Origin: an uncultured Erysipelotrichaceae bacterium
GTDB lineage: Bacteria; Bacillota_I; Bacilli_A; Erysipelotrichales; Erysipelotrichaceae
Reading direction: 5' to 3'
Assembly (NCBI GenBank): GCA_942493105.1
Contig: OW818668.1
Coordinates: 1,740,001 to 1,772,000, forward strand
DNA: 32,000 nt
The translations under genes were made by a program, and so were the position numbers. Shown here piece after piece: positions 26,964 to 32,000 of the stretch (its first letter is position 1; each line of letters opens with the position of its first letter). The notes under the pieces are model-generated. The model was given only the letters and a program-made list of their open reading frames with translations. It did no database searches and was not told the DNA's origin.

Positions 26964-27980
26964 ATGAAAACAATTGACTTAAGAAGTGATACCGTATCTC
27001 AGCCTACCCAAGCCATGCGCGATGCGATGGCCAGTGCTATCGTGGGCGATGATGTCTATGGCGATGATCCAACGATCAATGAACTTGAGGCTTATGCAGC
27101 TCAATTGGTCAATAAAGAAGCAGCCCTTTTTGTTCCTTCCGGAACCATGGGCAATCAGTTGGCTTTGATGACCCATACTCAACGTGGCGATGAAATCATC
27201 ACCGGTGCCCACAATCACATCGTGATCCATGAAGTTGGGGCCATTCCTGTATTATCCGGAGCCAATGTTCGAACCATTTCACATCCCGATGATTTCATAA
27301 CTCCTGCTCAACTGATAAGGGCGATACGATCCAATGATATCCATGAACCTCACAGTTCTGTCTTATCGATGGAGAATGCTTTATCTAACGGAAAAGTCAT
27401 GCCTTTGGATCTGATGAAAGATAACTTTGAGATCGCCCATAAACATGGACTTAAGGTTCATTTGGATGGTGCTCGTTTATTCAACGCTGCCGTTGCGTTA
27501 GCGTGTGATGCGACTGAGTTGACCCAATACTGTGACAGTGTCATGTTTTGTTTGTCTAAAGGGCTTTGTGCGCCAATAGGTTCGATTTTGGCAGGTCCAA
27601 AAGACTTTATCCAAAAAGCACGAAAAAATCGGAAGTTACTGGGCGGTGGGATGAGACAAGCTGGTTTCTTGGCGGCTGCAGGACTGATTGCCTTAAAAGA
27701 AATGCGTTTACGTCTTCATGAAGATCATGAAAATGCACGATACTTTGCTCAAAAACTATTAGATTCTGGCTTGGTGACATTGAATCTGGAAGATGTTCAA
27801 ATCAATATGGTCTTCTTTGAATTCATCGATCCTCACTTTAATCATGATGACTTCCCTGCTTACTTACTAAAAAATGGTGTAAAAATAAACCCAGACTTTC
27901 CTACCTATCGTTTTGTGACCCATTATTGGATCACTAAAGAAGATATTGATGTCGTGGTTGAATTGATCAAACGTTACTAA
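26964..27980 (+). CDS. ltaE: Low-specificity L-threonine aldolase
   Basis: DLRSDTVSQPT, GDDVYGDDPT, ALFVPSGTMGNQLA and the PLP-lysine region FCLSKGLCAPIGS are typical of the family. 338 aa. Confidence 0.9.
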   Translation: MKTIDLRSDTVSQPTQAMRDAMASAIVGDDVYGDDPTINELEAYAAQLVNKEAALFVPSGTMGNQLALMTHTQRGDEIITGAHNHIVIHEVGAIPVLSGANVRTISHPDDFITPAQLIRAIRSNDIHEPHSSVLSMENALSNGKVMPLDLMKDNFEIAHKHGLKVHLDGARLFNAAVALACDATELTQYCDSVMFCLSKGLCAPIGSILAGPKDFIQKARKNRKLLGGGMRQAGFLAAAGLIALKEMRLRLHEDHENARYFAQKLLDSGLVTLNLEDVQINMVFFEFIDPHFNHDDFPAYLLKNGVKINPDFPTYRFVTHYWITKEDIDVVVELIKRY

Positions 27981-28004
27981 AAAATCTCAATTTTTTCTAA
28001 TTAA

Positions 28005-28034
28005 AAACAGCACCTTAAATGAAGTGCTGTTTAT
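28005..28034 (+). terminator. Weak hairpin after ltaE
   Basis: aaacagcac / gtgctgttt stem with a 10-nt loop and a short, interrupted T-run. Confidence 0.35.
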
Positions 28035-28122
28035 ATATAAGAAATATCAGAGTGCTCACTTTGAATAATGGATTAATTATCCTGTCTTTTGAAGATACCT
28101 AATCCAAAAGATCTAAACTTGC

Positions 28123-28151
28123 TTGACACTTTTTTATCAAACCGATACACT
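28123..28151 (+). promoter_or_regulatory. Candidate sigma-A promoter, TTGACA-17 nt-TACACT
   Basis: TTGACA at 28123-28128 and TACACT at 28146-28151, about 30 nt upstream of the permease ATG. Confidence 0.5.
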
Positions 28152-28182
28152 TAAGCACATGTTTATCTGTGAGAGGAGAACT

Positions 28183-29580
28183 ATGGAAAACACACAAAAG
28201 CGGAAGTTTGGACTTTTAACCACAGTTGCAATGATTGTGGGAATCGTTATCGGTTCTGGAATCTTTTTTAAGACCGATAATATCCTAAGTGCCGTTGGAG
28301 GATCCGTTTCATTAGGTGTATTGGCTTTCATTGTAGGTGGAGTCGGCATTGTTTTTGGCGGTTTAACGATTGCTGTTTTAGCCAGAAGAGATGAAAATGT
28401 AGGGGGGTTAATTACGTATTGTGAAATGACTTGGGGTAAAACCTTAGGTTACTTAGCAGGTTGGTTTCAAACGACCTTATATTATCCGCCTTTGGTTGCG
28501 GTCATTGCTTGGGTATCGGCCATGTATGGATCGATGCTTTTTGGATGGACCGATTCAAAAGTCGTTTTAGGGATGACTTTTGATTTCTTGCCTGAATGGC
28601 CTTTCCCTTTTACAGTTGGTGTATGGGTCATTTCATTGTCGGTCATGATTTTGTTTTTTATCTTCAATGCCTTTCAAACAAAACTAGCCGGAAAATTTCA
28701 AAGCTTTGCGATGATCATCAAGGTTTCAGCTTTGATCGTTCTTGGCTTTACTGGTATTGTTTTTGGTGATCCAGTGACTGTTGTTCAATCTGCGGATTGG
28801 GGAATGATTGGCGGTGGTTTCTTCCTAGCGTTGGTTCCAATTGCGTATGCATATGATGGTTGGCAGGTGGCCCCATCGGTTGCCCATGAGATCAAAAATC
28901 CTAAGCGTAATTTGCCCTTGGCCTTGACTTTTGCCCCATTATTGATCATGGCGATTTATATTGCTTATTTCGTTGGGATCAATGCGGTTCTTGGTCCTTC
29001 TCAGGTCTTGGAATTGGGTGATGGTGCAGTCAGTGTGTTTGCTCAAAAGTTTTTTGGCACTGTTGGCTATCGAATCGTTTTAACGGCCGTGGTTATTTCA
29101 GTTTTAGGAACATTAAATGGTTTGATCCTTGGCTACATTCGTTTGCCTTATGCCTTGGGTTTACGCAACGAATTACCACTCAGTTCAAAATTCGCATCTG
29201 TTGACTCAAAAACAGATATTCCGATGTTTTCAGCCTTGTTTACCTTTGTGATGTCCTTGTTTTGGTTGGCTTTGCATTTCGCAACCACAGTTGGCGTCAT
29301 CGTATACGGTTGGAAACTCTTTTCAGGCATCTCAGTCGATGAACTTTCAATCGTTCTCATTTATATCTTCATGGTTCTGATCTATCTTGGAGTCATGAAA
29401 GATTTCTTGGTCAAGAAAGTTGGCAATTGGATCCAAGGTTTTATTTATCCACTCTTGGCTGTGATTGGCGCATTGACGGCAATCTATGGCGGATTCCTCA
29501 GTCCAATGGTAGCGACTTATCTGATCATTTGTTTGCTGGTCATCGTTGGTGGATTGTTCATTCGTCCAAAAAATAGTTAA
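28183..29580 (+). CDS. APC-superfamily amino-acid permease
   Basis: The N-terminus LLTTVAMIVGIVIGSGIFFK is the APC GSGIF signature, with about 12 TM helices. Start chosen at MENTQKRK (28183) with RBS GAGAGGAGA. The track's extension begins inside the promoter. Confidence 0.88.
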   Translation: MENTQKRKFGLLTTVAMIVGIVIGSGIFFKTDNILSAVGGSVSLGVLAFIVGGVGIVFGGLTIAVLARRDENVGGLITYCEMTWGKTLGYLAGWFQTTLYYPPLVAVIAWVSAMYGSMLFGWTDSKVVLGMTFDFLPEWPFPFTVGVWVISLSVMILFFIFNAFQTKLAGKFQSFAMIIKVSALIVLGFTGIVFGDPVTVVQSADWGMIGGGFFLALVPIAYAYDGWQVAPSVAHEIKNPKRNLPLALTFAPLLIMAIYIAYFVGINAVLGPSQVLELGDGAVSVFAQKFFGTVGYRIVLTAVVISVLGTLNGLILGYIRLPYALGLRNELPLSSKFASVDSKTDIPMFSALFTFVMSLFWLALHFATTVGVIVYGWKLFSGISVDELSIVLIYIFMVLIYLGVMKDFLVKKVGNWIQGFIYPLLAVIGALTAIYGGFLSPMVATYLIICLLVIVGGLFIRPKNS

Positions 29581-29613
29581 TTACCTTTTTCTCTAAAAAG
29601 TAAGTACATCAAT

Positions 29614-29640
29614 AAAAGCACCTTAAGAAAGGTGCTTTTT
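29614..29640. terminator. Intrinsic terminator shared by the convergent permease and bcp genes
   Basis: gcacctt-aaga-aaggtgc stem with A-runs on the left and T-runs on the right, so it can function in both directions. Confidence 0.75.
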
Positions 29641-29700
29641 GGTTGGGATATTAAGAATTCAAATGCTTATGCTTAGATTCTTTATGAAAACTTCCAGTCT

Positions 29701-30165
29701 TTAACTTTTGATGACGCTAAGGACTTGTTGAACATCTTCTTCAGGTTTGACCTTATCAAAGATGGCAACGATCTTACCTTGCGGATCGATCACGAAAGTC
29801 GTTCTAACGACTCCCATGGTAATGTTGCCATACATATTCTTTTCTTTGTATACATCATATAAAGTCACGACTTCTTTTTGATCATCTGCCAGTAGTTCAA
29901 AATTCAAATTGAACTTGGCTAAGAATTTCGAATGACTTTTTTCATCATCTTTGCTGATCCCAAACACTTTGATGTTACGATCGGTGAATTCTTTCATGGA
30001 ATCGCGATATGAACAAGCTTGCACCGTACATCCTGGTGTGTCATCTTTGGGATAGAAATACAAGACCACATATTGGCCTCTGTAATCAGAGAGCGTTCTT
30101 TTCTCGCCATTAGAATTGGTGAGGGTAAAATCTGGGGCAATGTCGTTGATGTTAAGTTTTGGCAT
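29701..30165 (-). CDS. bcp: Thiol peroxidase / peroxiredoxin, Bcp type
   Basis: The motif FYPKDDTPGCTVQAC contains the peroxidatic and resolving cysteines (CxxxxC). It is 154 aa with a thioredoxin fold. Confidence 0.9.
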   Translation of the reverse strand: MPKLNINDIAPDFTLTNSNGEKRTLSDYRGQYVVLYFYPKDDTPGCTVQACSYRDSMKEFTDRNIKVFGISKDDEKSHSKFLAKFNLNFELLADDQKEVVTLYDVYKEKNMYGNITMGVVRTTFVIDPQGKIVAIFDKVKPEEDVQQVLSVIKS

Positions 30166-30206
30166 ACGTTTCTCCTATTTACATTAAAACACATCAGCAA
30201 GATGCA

Positions 30207-31894
30207 TCAAGGCTTTTGACCAATAAGCTGTATGATCCTTGCTTCATAAGGTCTAAACACCATCTTTTCAACCATTGGACCATAGGTTGGATAGTTACAC
30301 AACTGAGTGCGCATTTCTTTATAATTATCGGCTTTGAAAGTTGCATGTTTATGATCCAGATTGATTAATACCAATAGTTTTTCTTGGTCATCTTCACGAA
30401 TATAAGCAAGGATTTGATGATGATCCACCATGGTCGCTTCAAAACTTCCTTTACGCAGTGCAGAATGAGATTGATGATAAGCAATCATTTCTTTGGTAAA
30501 ATTTAAAATGGAATCTTTATCTTGCTGATCATGCTTTACGTTGATTTCAACATGATTTGGATTGATGACAAACCAAGGTTTATGCTTTGAAAAACCAGCA
30601 TATTCACCATCATCCCACTGCATAATGGTCCGCGCATTATCACGCGTCATTTTTTGAACGATTTTCTTAGCGATAAAAGCGGGAAGATGCATCATCGATT
30701 GAAGCATTTTATAATCACTGATGGCTTCGAAATCTTTCCAGTCGCTTTCTTCGATCTTCATATTGGTCATCCCGATTTCTTCACCTTGGTAAATAAACGG
30801 GGTTCCATAAGCACTTATGGTGCTCATGATCAAGGCTTTTGCGCTGGGGATCCGATATTGTTTCTCATCTCCAAATCGCGATACAGCACGACCATTATCG
30901 TGATTAGACAAGAAATTACCCATCCAGAAACGATGCTTAACAGAGGCTTCTTGCCATTTATAGAATATCTTTTTGAAATCACCGACATTCCAACGATATA
31001 ACTTTCTAAAATCATATTTTCCTAAAGGACCACACCCGATCAATACCAAATCAAAATGAAACATCATGTTGAGTTCTTTCTGTTCGAAACCGCAATATTG
31101 GGCACAACTTTCAGGATTCACCAACATTCCTTCGCCTAAATAAAGCCCAGGATATTGACTTAAGACCTCATCATACATTTCATGCAGAAAATCATGCGAC
31201 TTAGGTAAGGATACGATCAAATCATCCGCAAATTGATATCCTTTTTTATGCGGATCTTTATCTGGTAAACCTTCAGCTTTGGCGATGATGTTGATGACAT
31301 CCATTCTAAAACCTGCAATACCTTTGTTCATCCAAAATTTCATGATCTTATAGATTTCTTGACGGACTTCAGGATTTTCCCAATTGAGATCGACTTGATT
31401 GGGGGTAAATAAAGTCAAGACATATTCATTGGGTTGATTGGAGGATGTCCATGCAGATCCACCAAATAAACCGATCCAGTTGTTGGGTTCTTTATTGTTT
31501 TTACCTGGTCTGAAAATATAGTAATCGCGGTATTTGGATTGAGGATCTTTGAGTGCTTTGCTTTAAACCAAGGATGTTGATTAGACGTATGATTGGCTAC
31601 CAGATCCATCAAGATACCGATCCCTCTTTGCTTTGCTTCTTGAATCAACTGATCCATATCTGCCATCGTCCCAAATTCAGGCTGTATGTTATAATAATCT
31701 GAGACATCGTAACCATAGTCTACATTGGGTGACACGTATACGGGACACAACCAAATCGTTGTGATGCCCAAGTCTTTCAGATAATCCAGCTTGGAAATGA
31801 TCCCTTGAAGATCACCGATCCCATCATCATTGGAATCCTTAAAAGATCTTGGCCAAATCTGATACACTACCCCATTCATTTCAGTTTTATACAT
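30207..31894 (-). pseudogene. GH13 oligo-1,6-glucosidase / alpha-glucosidase, interrupted by a single frameshift
   Basis: Two adjacent ORFs (31894-31415 and 31418-30207) together encode one GH13 enzyme. Motifs: [33 protein letters not shown] and FLSNHDNGR. Reading the -1 frame after HPWFKAK gives [27 protein letters not shown]...LFTPNQVDLNWENPEV, which joins the two ORFs seamlessly. The shift lies at about 31555-31566. Confidence 0.85.
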
Positions 31895-32000
31895 ATGGTG
31901 TCCTCTTATCCCTATTTTACCATCCAAACCATGAATCAAAACACACTCTTAACGCAATTTCCAAAGCTCCACATGGTGGTCGCAGTCAGTAAGAACCGTC

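Noticed and set aside
31555-31566. Programmed -1 ribosomal frameshift in the GH13 gene
   Set aside because: There is no canonical X_XXY_YYZ heptamer in the zero frame, and no obvious downstream stimulatory structure or upstream SD-like element. A mutation or sequencing error is far more parsimonious.
31940-32000. Sequence at the right edge
   Set aside because: It is too short (61 nt) to assign to any gene or regulatory element.

Overview
This is a 32-kb chromosomal window from a low-GC, Firmicutes-type bacterium. Supporting traits are strong AGGAGG-like ribosome-binding sites, tRNAs with encoded CCA ends, and a GlpK carrying the YHF histidine motif. Almost all of it is ordinary core metabolism and housekeeping. 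Left to right: the start of a coenzyme-B12 glutamate mutase operon (an unknown P-loop gene, then glmS and glmL); a two-subunit class-I Fe-S hydro-lyase plus malic enzyme; a Qnr-like pentapeptide protein; an MBL hydrolase; a MATE exporter; glpK; a large alpha/beta-hydrolase fused to a membrane domain; ldh; a Cys-rich Fe-S protein; a six-tRNA operon (Val-Thr-Tyr-Gln-Lys-Gly); alr; guaB-guaA; an MFS / U32 / U32 / SpoU-methyltransferase operon; ltaE; an APC permease; bcp; and a frameshifted GH13 alpha-glucosidase. I found no CRISPR array, transposase, integrase, rRNA or recognisable defence system. Four things deserve a second look. (1) A 1.1-kb integrase-less islet lies next to tRNA-Gly, bounded by a duplicated 21-nt tRNA 3' end with symmetric repeats on both sides. 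(2) An uncharacterised Walker-A protein is translationally coupled to glmS. (3) The IMP dehydrogenase naturally lacks its CBS/Bateman domain. (4) An orphan Fe-S protein carries a CNCCGCCC motif. All functional calls come from reading the supplied translations against remembered family motifs. No database search was run.
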